Position numbers and translations under genes: made by a program. The notes under the pieces are model-generated. The model was not told the DNA's origin, searched no databases, and worked only from the letters and a program-made list of their open reading frames with translations. A stretch of DNA of 64,000 bases, taken from positions 7,130,001 to 7,194,000 of the forward strand of contig CM060731.1 of assembly GCA_030704615.1 (NCBI GenBank), read 5' to 3'. Below are positions 39,111-52,461 of the stretch, in pieces. Every line of letters starts with the position of its first letter. Position 1 is the first letter of the stretch. The DNA comes from Takakia lepidozioides. Lineage: Eukaryota; Plantae; Bryophyta.

Positions 39111-41849
39111 AGTGCGGAGTGCACTTCCCTTGACGGTCTCTCTGCCTACCAAGACGGTATAGGCAGTGAGTGGGGGCAATCCGGTGAGGACCATGCGGTG
39201 TAGACATCCATGGCACACGTGGGAGGTGCTCGAGGTTCAGAGGGAGTTGGCAGCCAAGGCGGCTGTGATGGATGAGGTTGGGGATTCTTCTCGGGTTGAG
39301 GAGGTCCTCAAGGATGAGATGATGGGGCAGGATGAGGCCTTGTCATTGACTGAGCAGGTAGGGAGTACTACTCAAGAGGTTGCGGCATAGCAACAACGGG
39401 ACGCGTCCTCTACCTCTAAGTCTGCTGGAATTAAGTTTGCAGTTACAGAGGACAATTGGGAGCCTGACATTGGACCCATTGTCACTGGAGGAGAGAGACG
39501 ACGTATACGGCGGTTCCTGAGGGCTTACAGGAATTGTTTTGCTTTCAATTTGAAGGATTTGGGAGCACTGAAGGGTCAGGAGTTTCGTATTGAGTTGGCC
39601 ACAGACACGCTAATCTTTCGGAGACCCTATAGATATAGTGACATGGAGAGGTCTTTGATTCAGATGAGGACTCAAGATCTCTGGGAGGCTGGTTTGGTGG
39701 AGCTCTCTGGTGGAGAGTATGCTTCAGCCACGCTGATGCCAACCAAGAAAGATGTCTATGGAAATTGGACGGAGAGACGTATGTGCGGTGACTACCGGCC
39801 TGTAAATCGTCAGACCAAGTCCGATAAGTATGCCATGCCCACACCTGAGAAGATCTTTGATGCTATTGGGCATGTCAAGGTCTTTAGCACTTTGGACTTA
39901 CGGTCCGGATATCACCAGTTGCCGATCAAGGAGGCGGACAAGCAGAAGACGGCATTCTGGGGGATCAATAAGCACGGGAAGGATTGCCTATATCAGTGGC
40001 GGTTCTTACCATTCGGGCTTAAGAACGCTCCTGCAGAGTTCCAGAGAGTCATGGACAGGATTCTAGCAGGGGTAAACTTTGCTCGGTGCTACATAGATGA
40101 CATCATCATCTTTAGTGCTACGGTGGAGGAGCACGAGAGACACCTTCAGGTGATGCTTGAGAGCTTGAGAGTGCACGGATTGAAATTACATCCAGGGAAG
40201 TGCAAGTTCTTCCACAACCAGATTGAGTATCTAGGCCACATGATATATCCTGGAGGATTGGAGGTGAGGCAGACTAAGGTAGAGGCCATCGCACAGATTC
40301 CACGCCCCACGGATGTGAGCCGAGTTCGAGCTTTCATGGGTTTGGCAAACTACTATAGACGGTTTGTCAAGGGATTTAGTGCTATTGCAAAGGCTCTAAC
40401 CAAGCTGACCAAGGTAGACCAGGAGTGGCAGTGGGAAGATAAGCAAGAGCGAGCTTTTCAGGAGCTCAAGGCGAGGTTGACCTCGGCGCCCATCTTGAGA
40501 CGATCTATCAGAGGGCGTCCCTTTCAGCTGCATACTGATTGGAGCATGCTGGGGCTTGAAGCGGTGCTCACACAGGTGGATGATGAGGGAAGAGAGTTCG
40601 TAGTGGCTTATGCTAGCCGCTCGAACAACGATGCAGAGTCTAAGTATAGCTCATATGAGGGAGAGTGCTTAGCTGCAGTGTGGGCCGTGGCACACTCAGG
40701 TGCTATCTATACGGCAATCTCTTCACCCTTGTCACGGATCACCAGCCACTCAAGTGGTTGATGGAGTCAGACAAGCTTACGGGGAAGCTTGCACGGTGGG
40801 CACTTATACCCCAGGAATATGACTTTCAGGTTGTGCATCGACTGGGTTTGGTCAATCCAGTTGCAACACGTGGCGCGTTGCAGTTTTTACACGTGGTCCC
40901 TCAACAGATTGACATGTGTCATGATGGGTGAATTTTTGGGTGTATTGCTATTTTTTTACATATTTGTATTTCCACCACGTGGTGTAGTACCATTGGAGAG
41001 TGAAAATAGATGTAATATTATTATGACTATGATAGAAGTCATATACATGTCTATTACAACAATGAAATATCATATATAATACAAACAGAACAAGGCAGCA
41101 AGACATAACTGCGCCAAGCTGAGCAAACCCAAGAGATTGTACACCATTTCTATTTATTAATCTATTTATCATTTTTGTCACGATCTAAAAATACATAAAA
41201 TAGTCACATGTTCTCATGTGAATTATATTGTCTAACTATAACACTTTGACAAGTGTTCAACCGAATCTTCTAACTACTCATGTATTCCATCAATCTGCAA
41301 CCCATCAAAAACTAAGGCTTGCATGGCTTTAAGAATCACTACAACAAGGACATCTGTTTGTTTTCCAAGTTCTTGCATAAGATGCACCAACCAACATTGC
41401 ATTGTGAGACACTCACTCACTATACTCCAAAGCGTCCAAGGAAGGTCACTGGGCAACCTGCCAAGGTGGAAACAATTAAGAGAATTATCTAATACCATAT
41501 ATGAAAAACCAATGCCAGTGTTGTTTATTGTAACTTCTATCCCATGGACTCATAAACAAACCAAAGCAAACAGGTTGGTGTGTGTTGGCGAAGTCAGATA
41601 CTTCACAAAAAAACGTGCACTAAAAATGAGAGCCAGGAGGATAGGAAGCTCACTCACATTTATACAAAGACGTCTTGCCCACTGCCCAACACCCTGCGTC
41701 ACCCACACTCTATCTCTACTCCTTTAGCTATCCATGCCTCTGCACAAATCAAGCATTCATCCTTGCCTTGCTACTAGCAGCTAACAATGACAGCCTAGAA
41801 TTGTCAAAGCAAATTGTAGTAGGGAAAACAGGGTGAAATATGTTGAAGA

Positions 41850-42050
41850 AGGTACCTTCACCCCTTTCCCCATCATTTGCTTTTAGGTCTCCAAAGCCCC
41901 ATCCCACGCTCCTGCTCTGCACACCCTGCAAGCATCGCATTCCACGACACCACATCTCATTCAGCCATACTCCCTTGGCATCCTCAATCCTCCCACATTT
42001 TGCATACATGGCCACCAGAGCAATGTTCAAGATGACATCTTATTGCCATT
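41850..42050 (-). pseudogene. PLS-class PPR gene fragment
   Basis: NIALVAMYAKCGRIEDAKGV, then after a frameshift RDVVSWNAMLAG. Confidence 0.75.
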
Positions 42051-43359
42051 TGTGCTGAAGTCCAAAGGTTAACTGCAGGTAGACCCCAGCAGCAAAGCAT
42101 GGAGCATCCATTTCCCAACCATTGACTATTGTAACTTGCAAAGGAGCCCAAAATTGTAAAAATGAACCCCCAAGACTCATCCTAAGTTCCTGTGGCTAAA
42201 TGGCTGGGGACCATAAAAATACCTGAATCAATGGCCTTCAACAGCAGCTACTGTTGCTGGGAAGTAAGGAACGGACTGCAGGCCACGCGGCCTGACTAGA
42301 TGTTTTGCTCACCCTTGCATTCCACCCCTGCTCCAGCCTACCACCAAAATCAAACTCATAGCAATCGGCTTGCAAATACCCAGCCCACATATATTTGGAC
42401 AGAAACTTAAACAACCAGATTCTCATAGACGACCATACTGCACATTAAACCCTTGGCCACAAAACGACACGACACGCCCTCCTCACCAACACTGCCTCAC
42501 CATAGATACAAATCCTCGTATGCAATGCCACCAAGTAATTCACCCCCACACTATTTATTCCTGGCAGCATTCACTCTACCCCTGCTCCTTCAGCTATCCA
42601 TGCCTCTGCACAATCATGCATTCATCCTTGCCTTGCTGCTAGCATCTGACAATGACAACCTAGATTTGTTCTAGGAAACACCCAACTCAGCTTATCACAC
42701 TAGTTCCTATGCTGAATTGCGTCTGCTACTCTCTGCAATCCAACATGCATTCACCTTTTTGCCTCGATTGTCCCACCATTGACTGGGGTCAGAGCTTCGC
42801 CTCGTCTCTATTACCTGTTTCTGGATACTTTCCAAGTGTCACGTTGGCAGTATCATATCAAAGTCACTCCAATCTATCAAAGATCCACTCAAGCTAACTT
42901 GCAGAATTCAACATGAAAATTTAGGGCCGAAAAACAGGGTGTGCAGCTGAGTGGGCAGAGATTGAAACACGGTCTGCTAAGACCAAGCTAACTCTCGAAA
43001 GAACCTTGTAAACATCAGGAAGAATACCAAATCATGGTACTAACAAGAGTAACAACCCACATTTGCAGGATGGACAAACTTCTTCACATCGTACATTAAG
43101 AAAAAACCACACCTTGCGATTGCGATTGTCCCACCATCGTGAAGGATCTTTAAGAAACTCATGCCAGCTCTGCTCCGTGCTGTAAAATCAGGGCCGAGCA
43201 GGTAGAGATTGAAACACGGCCTGCTAAGACGAAGCTGACTCTCCCAAGAACGGCGAGCTCCCAGCCGAAACCTCCTCGCACACATACCCTACCATTTCTA
43301 GGGTTGCTTGCTTCAAATGCGAAGGTTGCTCCAACTGCGGGCCTCCCATGCATGTTTGC

Positions 43360-43470
43360 CCTCCCTCCCGCTCGCTCACTCTAAGTCCCAGCCCACTCTC
43401 TCTCCCTCCCTCCCTCTCGCTCGCTCTAAGTCCCAGCCCTCTCTCTCTCCCTCCCGCTCACTCTAAGTCC
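43360..43470. repeat. CT-rich ~40-bp tandem repeat (3 copies)
   Basis: ctccctcccgctc..ctctaagtccc occurs three times. Confidence 0.7.
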
Positions 43471-43659
43471 TTTCACGGCTATCGCGATGGGCAACTTTTT
43501 AAAGTTTTTTAACCTTTTTGCAAACCCTATAAGCAACTTTTTGATTTTCTTTTTCTTTTTTTCTTTTTTTTAAGGAAACCTAAGGCCCTTGAGGAGGGGG
43601 AAAAATTAACCCCCTTTCATTTATGGGCCATGAGACCTACAGGACGATCAGCCCAGACA

Positions 43660-43755
43660 TACAATCACGAACAATCCCACACACGGGGTAGGGCAGCGGG
43701 TTTGAACCCCGAACCACTAGGGCGACACAATGTGCACTTACCAGCCGATGTGCTT
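43660..43755 (-). mobile_element. tRNA-derived SINE head
   Basis: The minus strand reads CATCGGCTGGTAAG...GGGGTTCAAACCC (A- and B-box-like). Confidence 0.45.
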
Positions 43756-45378
43756 TTTTTAAATCTTTTGCACTTTGATTTTTTTTTGTTTTTTTTTAAT
43801 TCATTCTAGTGGTCAGAGTCTCTGTTTTTTCCAAATATAAATACTCATATATTATATATATAACCAGAAAAGCATACACGTGCAGTCATGTAGTGATTCT
43901 TCCATATGATGATTTGGCAGAATACATTAGAGTGAGAGTCATAAAGTCATATGTCCGTCTAGCAATATGCACACGTCATTCCAGTGTAGCCATGAAGGTG
44001 ACTGATAGTCATATCCGCCATGCCAATATTCGTGGTCAAACATGTTTGACCTGTGTTGCGCAGAGTCCGGAGTCATGCAGTCGCATATACACCTTTTCCC
44101 AGACCGGCGTTATGACTTCAAAGGCATTTACGACTGTAAATGGCAATTCTGCCACAAATCTGTCATGACTGCGCATCCATGGGAGTCATAAAAGCCGCAA
44201 TCTGTTGTAGTGATCGGATCCTGCAACGAGCCAAAAGGTTCAAGTGGGAGGGGATACATCTGCTTCGAGTGTGGGAGGATGGTCGGGTGAGGATCGAGCC
44301 TCACCCAACACAGTGTGCACGGTTAGTGCGGCATGCCCATGAGGAGTTGGGGTATTTTGGAGTGCGACGCACTCATAGTTTACTGCAGGGGCAGTATTGG
44401 TATGCACACAAAGGTGCAACAGTTTGTGGCTAGGTGCATGGTGTGTGACAGGGTGCGTGCTTCATTCAACGCCCCTACACCACAATTGCATCATTTACCC
44501 ATCATGGGATTGGGCTACTGATGGAGTCTTTACTTCACAGGGCCGTTGCCACTGACGATGCGAGATATGTGTTGGTGATGGTGGAGCACTTCTCCAAGTG
44601 GATAGAGTTGGTTCCATTGCCTGACAAGGCTAGTGAGAGGACTGAGTATGCATTCCTGGATCGTGTGCTTAGCCGATTCGGTGTTCCAGCTGAGGTACTC
44701 ACGGACCAAGGGAGAGAGTTCTTAGGGGAGTTTCAGGCTTTGTGTGATAAAGCCTTGAGGGACCACCGTACCACTTCTCGGGATCATCTTGAGGCCGATG
44801 GCTTGGCAGAGAGAGTGGTACAGACGGTGAAGAGGGGTTTGCGCAAGTATGGCTTGCAAAAGGGACACATATGAGATTGGGATCTTCAGGTATCTTGGTT
44901 AGCCATGGGCTACAGGTTTAGCAAGCAAGCATCACTTGCCTCTTTCTCACCATATTTCCTTCTCTTTGGCCGAGAGCCGGACTTGCCTGCATCTATTCGC
45001 ATGGAGGCTGCAGTAGTCTTTAACCTTAATGATCCGGATGTGTGGACACAAGCATGTGCCCGACGGGCAGAGTTGTTCAAGAGAGTCATGCCTATGGCTT
45101 TTGATAATCTTGCTATTGCCCAACACCGAGACATATTGAGGTATGTCACTATACGTGGAGGGGGATATCGGCCAGATGTTTGGCATTTCCACCCTGGGGA
45201 CTATGTGTATCTGCAGCAGACATCGCCTACGACCTTGGATATCACAACAAGACGTATGATTATAAGGGTCAGGGAGGTGTTGCCTTCAGGAGTGTTGATT
45301 CTGGAGGGTCGAGATGGCATGGTATGGAAGGACCATGTGCGCAATTGTGCGCCATATCACCTACCACATGTGGATGAT

Positions 45379-47300
45379 TATGGGGGAGACCAGCCTGCAA
45401 GTAATTCCTTTGGATAGAATGTTGTTGGGGCCTATATATACCTCTATTTGCTCCATTTTTGAACCTTCAGTGAATGGCGTGGTTTCCTGAGGTGGTTCCA
45501 TTCTGAGGAATGGCTGGTGGACGTAAGGAGGCACTGGCGGACCCTGTGGAGGCTTGCATGGGGCCTTGGAGGCCAAGTTTCATGAGCTCGTGGAGGGCGG
45601 TTTGAGGAGTGTCTACAGGATGCTCTCATGGTCATGCAAGTGAGAGAAGAGAGGAAAAAAAAGGGTGTTGGGATGAGAGCGTGCTGGGGATAGGCATTGC
45701 TTTAGTTTCCCTTCCTTGTAGCTTTCCACCATGGGTTACATTTATCAAGCTCCTCATGCGAGTGAAAGCCTCCCTCAAGCTCTCAGTAGGCTTCCTCTGG
45801 AACTCTTGCAAGCTCCTCAACTTCTCTGTCCTCACCCCTTGGTAGTTCCTTCTCAACTCTTCGAAGAACTCCACAACAGGATTGAAGGCAGGCATGACCA
45901 CTAGTGCTGGTGTAGCAGTAGCTTGGGTGGACGTCATAGTTGTTGTACCACTAGTCCCACTACTGCTTGTGGAAGCTGCTGTTGCAGCTGCCGGTGTGGC
46001 TGCTGCCCTTGTGCCTCTAGTGATGGAGACATAGTCGGGTGACCAGTACATCCTCCACTCCTCTCAACATCGTGCCCCCATCTAAACTCATGGTAATCAT
46101 CCATGGGCGGCCCCTCAAGGTGCTGAAATAGCCCCTTCCATGCCATGAAAGGCGTAAACAGTTGTGGATTGTGCATTTGTTGCAAGTCATACCAACTATC
46201 AAACTTTTGGATAAAATCATCCAACTCAATGGTGCCCACCGCCCTAGAGTACCTTCGTGGCCCCTTGGTGGCTCCATACATCTCCTCCATTGTGTCCCAC
46301 AACAATGGCAATGAAACAACTTGCACCACCGGTGTGAGTCCTCCTGATTCACAATCCGAATCAGAACCTTCCGTAGAAGACACAGGAGGTGAAGGTGGCA
46401 TAAACCGCACACCCCGTCTCGTATACCCGCTAATATCGCTAGTGCTCGTACCGGCACTTTCCCCAGCAACTAGTGGCACCTCCATGTTGACAAACTGACA
46501 CTCAACCGGTCATGAACATGTCCCTAACCCCCTCTCCACAAGGTAACCGGGTAGAGAACATGATGCGGCTTATGGTTTGGAATACTATGTTCCTAACATA
46601 GCCTGCACCTGCACCTGCATCCACCACAGGCACTCCCATGGTTGGCTGGTCATCACCTTCAACCTCACCACAGGAGAAACAAGGATCCACAGCGTGGGGA
46701 GGCAAGCCGTCAGGCCAGGCTTCCTCAGTCATTCACATGGCGGAGACAGTGTCGACGCCGTCCATGACACCTAGTTCTCGCCCGACTGTTACCGAGGCGG
46801 AGGTTACTATGCCATTGGGGAGAGCTACACAGGCAGCACCATTACCTAGTGTTGCCAAGGCTACGACAGCTAGTGTGTTGCTGGGGGCGGCCACATCTGT
46901 GTGTCAGGCTCCATTGTTCTTGGCTACCATAATTGCGACACCGGGGGTAAGACCAGCTGAGGTGTTCAGGCTAGTAGCTACACTCTGTGAGAGTGGGGAG
47001 GTTACTTCATCTTCTGCGGAGATAGTGGGAAGTGTAGTGCCGGAGGGATCCTCGGATGTGAGGGTCAAGACTGCCACGGCGGCGCCATGGCAAGCTGCAG
47101 CTGCCAAGTTGGCGGAGCTGCAAGCTAGGCAACGACGCAATGGAGTGAGCCTTGCGCGTGAGCGCGCGAGCATACGCTCACGCAGGAGTGACGTGGCGTG
47201 AGCGTCATGTCAGCAGGCTGATGTGGCGACAAATGATGACGTGACACTGTGCCGTCATCTGCCACGTCAGCACTAATATGCGTCGCCTATAATCGAGGAT
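45379..47300 (-). mobile_element. Ty3/gypsy gag region, opposite in orientation to the adjacent pol
   Basis: IELDDFIQKFDSW..KGLFQHLEGPPMDDY..FFEELRRNYQGVRTEKLRSLQEFQRKPTESLREAFTRMR resembles a capsid domain. Contains frameshifts. Confidence 0.75.
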
Positions 47301-47780
47301 GGTCCTATGACCGTGGGATTAATGCAGGGAATCCTTGGCTGAATACAATCAAGACTACCATGTGGCCTCCAATTGTAGCATCCAATATTGTGCAATTACA
47401 AATGTTTCTTTCACTTTGACAATTACGAGGACGAGAAAATATCCTCACAAAGTGTGTGCCATAGAGGCTGCCACGAGAAGACCAGAGTCCCTCCCCAAAT
47501 AACAATGAGAGTTAGGATCATCTTCAAAAGATGATTGCAGTGCATAGCGACAGGAAGACATGTAGACTTCGAACGGTGCAATGATGCATGTGCTTATAAA
47601 AGTTGCCACTCAGAGCTCACTCAGTATAGTTGGAAGCATAATGGAGGGATAAGGGACGCCATATCATTGCACCGCCGACGATGTTGCAAACAAATTGATT
47701 TGAATTGAATTTCCATGACAATGTTGCAAATTGCACATTTCATAGCATGGTCGTCCACATACCGCATTGCATAGTTGAAG

Positions 47781-48965
47781 CTACCTATGTGTTGTATCCC
47801 GCTGCAATAGAGTATCGACCTTGTTGAAACTCAGAGTGGCCTGGTGAACGAAGTTGTCACGTTTGGGATCGCAAACCATCCTCTTCAAAAATATGAAATA
47901 CAAATGTTTGCAGGGTAAGAATTTACCTCTCTTGCCCAAACTGGTTGATAGCATATTCACAAAATCAGGACATGTGCAATTGGGGAAATTGGAAACCGTG
48001 ATATCATAGGCCCTGTCATGAACAGCAGATGTCAAAGTGATCATTGTGTACACCCGACCATATCCGGGATCGGGCACTTCCGTGGTGCTTGCAACACGAG
48101 CTTGGAGCATTCTTGCGGACTCCACTTTGCCAAAGTGTTCAGCGGTTGGAGGAAAACGCCGAACGAACTTTCCATCTCGTTTGGTTGGCCACAAGTGAGG
48201 ATTTGCCGGAGGTACCCGAGAGGACGCAGAAGTAGTAGCACATGCATGCAGTTGGGGTTGTCTCGCAAGGGAAAAGCTTGCCTCCTCCAGCATTGCGATC
48301 TCCTGACTTGTGAGATGTGTTCCCACCTTGACGGGCCAAACGGTTGGAAGAGCTGGCTTCATCACCACGGAAGGACGCACAATTCCATGCACACATCTAC
48401 CACAATCATCTGCGCAGAACCATAACTTGTGGTTCTTGGCTTCTGGTTGACCGTATGGACGCATCAAACCTGTGAAAGTTGGAACAGGAGTCCGGGCACC
48501 ACCTCTGGATATAGATGAAGTGCACTTCTCGAAATTAGTTGCCCTGATCGCTGTACATTTCACACGAGACCCTGCACTTGTGCGTTCTATGTGCCAAACG
48601 TGGTCCGGGCATGCGGACTCAAGCACATCAAGGGGGTTGTTTATCTCCTGCACCATTTCAGTGGCACTATTTGATGCTGGAGCATGCCGTCGTGTTGGAG
48701 GTTCCTCTAGAATGGAGGTTTCGGACATGGATTTGTCATGCAGGGGAACACGAGGCTTCGAGAAGTTATCACGGTCTGCCCTGTGCGAATCGGAATCCGA
48801 ACCAGGTAGAGTGTTCAATTTCCTCTTACATGAGCCGAATCTCTCCTCCCCTTCAAGATGTGGAACTCTTGCATTTGACATTGCATACCATTTCATGGAG
48901 GAGAATGGTTGCTTCATTCTTGTCACGCCAACTGATCTCCGGATGGCGATACGTAGGCACACGAA
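47781..48965 (-). mobile_element. C-terminal half of a MULE-type transposase with SWIM zinc finger
   Basis: LRIAIRRS (aligns with LRAANRS near 29540), PHLEGEERFGSCKRK..DSHRAD, LWFCADDCGRC, and SWIM YDITVSNFPNCTCPDF..PCKHLYFIF. Confidence 0.8.
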
Positions 48966-49675
48966 TTAGAAGAAAGGGATGACACTGTTCAGGACGTGGA
49001 CCTGCATCAATGATAGACCATTGAATTGCAAAACAAGAAAAATAAATATCTCTGCTATCACTTGTGGTATTTTTTTGGAGTGCTAAATTTTTTCCCTTCT
49101 TATGTACGTGCACAGACAATCTTCTTCGATGTTTGGTGGTGGAGACATGCACATAGTTTCATATCAGTGATCAAGGGTCTGTTTTTTCGATGAACCCAGA
49201 CTGTTTCTCCACGAACATGTTGAGACATTATCTTCCCGCATCTGAGATGACAGTTTCACCCGATGGTTATCCATATAGAGGACGCAAAGAAATATCCTCT
49301 ACCAGACAATCATGGGGTTATGTTCTATTGAGGGGGCGAAGATTTTGGATTTGACGGCTTCAACAGGTAATATTACTTCATTCCTTATGCTGGGCTCTTT
49401 TGTATTTAGACTAGTATTAAGATTAAAATGGGTCATCTTTTGTTTGCTATACAGTTTCCGTATTCTTTACTGTTGCAGGGAACTCGATGAAAGCTGCAAC
49501 TATATCCGGCAGACACATCATTGCAATGGAGAAGGACAGACAACTGTTTCACGACGTGCTTAGGCCAATGAATGACTCCGCCGTCCGGTTCGAAGAGAAG
49601 ACGACTTGTCGGGCAGACTTCAAAAAGTCTGCGGTCAAGTATAGGGACATATCAGGTGGTGAGGTGGATTTATGA
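48966..49675 (+). pseudogene. C-terminal exons of a second N4C/N6A methyltransferase paralog
   Basis: KKGMTLFRTWTCIN | SFHISDQG..PDGYPYRGRKE..CSIEGAKILDLTASTG | NSMKAATISGRHIIAMEKD. Colinear with 35580-36330, including the intron inside STG. Confidence 0.8.
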
Positions 49676-50539
49676 GTGAGTCATCTCATTAACCTCCTCC
49701 CAATGTTGGTCTGTTATTCGTGTCTGTTCTCTACGTGGTATAATGACCTGATGACTACAAATGTTCGGACACATGGACGTGAAGAGGCAGATGAGGGAAA
49801 GACCATCGTACACGTACACTGCTGACATACCTGTGAGCCAAGAGTTGTTTTCAAGCTCCCAATGTATGCAGAGGCTGCAGCCCAAAGATCGGCAACATGA
49901 ATTCTTGACAATGAATGGGATAACCTCATCACATGGACACGCCAAAACTCCTTATATGGGAATGATAGCTATGTTTGTGTCTTGGATGAGGCTATCGGCA
50001 TATGACATGTCTAACAATAGTATGAGCAACGCCTTAGTTGATGTTTTACCCAAGTGTGTAATAGATTTGGGATCCGAGGATACAACTCAATTTTAACTAA
50101 TTCTAGACTTTTGGCTTAAATCCGGACAAAACTTAATATAATTTTATATTTAAATTAAATCAAATAATTACAATATTATGAAGCAATGAATCAAGATTTA
50201 GTTTTCAAGTGAATGTGCATGACTCCAAATTCCTTAAATGTCGACATCAAAGTCGAATGACATACATTAGACAATGCAAATGATACATATTAATAACACA
50301 AATATACTAATTAGCACAAGTATCCATGAGACATCATTACCCAATACATGTTGTCAATTAATCTGCTATCCCCAATACAAATGCACTATATATAGTCTAC
50401 AAACACCCTAGCCCTGAAACTAGAACATCTACACATAAGGTTGACATTGAGAAGACTGGGTGTGCGTCGCACGAAAATATGTTTTTGCAAATGCCTCCGC
50501 GTAGATAGGTAGCTTGTAAAAATGAAGTAAGAAAAAAAA

Positions 50540-52461
50540 TGTGAAGAGGGGAAAAAAAAGAAACAACAGTGCATCGAACCTATAAGAACTTTCAATCAAA
50601 TATCTCAACCTTGAATACATTGTACCCCAAAGTAAGAATGTGTTTTTTTAACGAGCTTCCAACATGGATATAAGGTTTTAGGAGCATAAAGTTTTAGAAA
50701 AATTATAAGTATGAATCACACAAAATATGCAGGAAAGTTTATGACATATAAAAGCATTCAATCAAAGTAATATTTTAACCATAATTGTATTATACCCAAA
50801 TATGGAAAAACGATTTGAATGTACTTCAAATATTTGAATGAGGTTTAGGGTATAGGGGGTTGGAGAAATAAAAGTACTATCGAGTACAAAATAAAATTGG
50901 AAGAGTGTGTAGAACATATAAGAATTTCTAAGTAAATATCCCGAGGACTCTATCATACATATAAGCTAGAATAAAATGAATCAATCAGCTTCAAATGTAG
51001 AAACTACGTTTTAGGGTATACTAGGGTTTAGAACAAGCAAAAGTGTGAATGATACAAATAATGGGATAATGTTTAGGACTAATACAAAATTTCAATTCAA
51101 TATTCCAACAACTCTTAGTAGTACGCAATCCCAAAGTTAGAAAAGAAATTTTTGAGTGAGCTTCAAACATTACAAAGATATTTTTGGGGTACTGGGCTTA
51201 GGCTATTAAGCTAAAGTTTCAGGTAAGAATAAATATGAAAGAATGGAACTTAGGATCTACAAAAATATCAATTAAAAATCCAGACCACTTTATCTTATTA
51301 TAAAGTGAATCAATGGGGGAAAAAGAATAATGAATAAAAAAAGATGACATACTAGGATTTAGGGTAAGCAAATTTGGTACTATTCAATGACAAACAAATT
51401 TACAAGAGTAATTAAGATATATAAAATCTCTCAATTAAATATCATAAAAGTCTATAAACTTCCCCAAAGCTTAGTACTGGCCAAAAATAAATAAAAATCT
51501 ATTCAATGTAAACAAAGGGTTGAAAAGTGCTTATAAGGAAGTTCCATACAAAATTGCTACCAAGTAGTACTAAGCAATTGTTTTAATCAGCTAATTCAAT
51601 CTTATACATGTTGGGATTAAAATTTGTTCCGACCACGTCCCCACTCTATTGTACCCCAAAGCTGAAAAATTTAGAAATGGGAGGAAAGAAAAAACAAAAA
51701 CAAAAACGGGACTTGGGCTTCAAACATGGATATGAGGTGGACAAAAATATCAATGAGAAACTAATATGGAAGAGACAGTTTGTGTACGAGGTCCTATAAA
51801 AACTTTCAAAAACCAACAACAGTGTATGGAACCTATAAAAACTTTCAATCAAATATCCCAACCTTGAATGCATTGTATGCCAAAGTAGGAATTTGCTTTC
51901 TTAAGAAGCTTCAAACATGGATATAAGGTTTTAGGGGCATAAAGTTTATAAGAAATAAAAGTATGAATCACATAAAAATATGCATGAATATTTAGGACCT
52001 ATAATTTTTAAAACATTCAACAATCAAGTCAATATAATATTCTAACCATTGTAATTTGTATTATACCCAAAGCTCAAAAATTGATTTGAATGAACTTCTT
52101 GAATGAGGTTTTGCGTATAGGGTTTCGGATAAACAAAAGTACTTCAAGTAAAAAAAACATATGGAAGAGTAAGAATTTCCAAGTAAATATCTCAATGACT
52201 TTGTCATACATGTAAGCTGGAAAACGTAATTAATTGAGCTTCAAATGTAGCAACTACGTTTTAGGCTATAGGGTTAAGTCTCCAACAAAAGTATGAATGA
52301 CAGGGGTGATGGGAGAGTGTTTAGGACCTATACAAATTTTCAATTAAATATTCCAACCACTGTAGTATGCAACCTCAAAGTTAGAAAAATAATTAATTTC
52401 GAGTGTCAAGCTTCAAACATTACAAAGATATTTTTGTGGTACTGGGCTTAGGCTAAGTTAA
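50540..52461. repeat. AT-rich diverged duplication with a ~1.25-kb period; continues after the piggyBac at 56591-56760
   Basis: 50560-51290 resembles 51815-52461 plus 56591-56670 (for example aaactttcaatcaaatatc..ccttgaat, cttcaaacattacaaagatatttt). Confidence 0.8.

Larger units (their letters stand above)
40858..44212. mobile_element. 3.35-kb insertion into gypsy pol with a CACTA-type right end; carries PPR fragments and a SINE
   Basis: The gypsy frame stops at LVN (40857) and resumes at RILQRAKRF (about 44216). The insertion ends TGTTGTAGTG (reverse complement CACTACAACA) after many AGTCAT/ATGACT subterminal motifs at 43880-44190. ATC flanks both junctions. Confidence 0.55.
37270..45378 (+). 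mobile_element. Degenerate Ty3/gypsy pol: protease - C5 methyltransferase - RT - RNaseH - [insertion] - integrase
   Basis: Protease LLDSGAQ; RT RMCGDYRPVN, LDLRSGYHQ, PFGLKNAPAEFQ, YIDDII; RNaseH LHTDWS, YEGECLA, TDHQPLKWL; integrase H..H..CMVC, EHFSKW, TDQGREF, DGLAERVVQT. No LTRs found. Confidence 0.92.

Noticed and set aside
41337-41346. CACTACAACA as the left TIR pairing with 44203-44212
   Set aside because: The flanking triplets differ (AAT vs ATC), no subterminal repeats follow it, and it lies inside the insertion.
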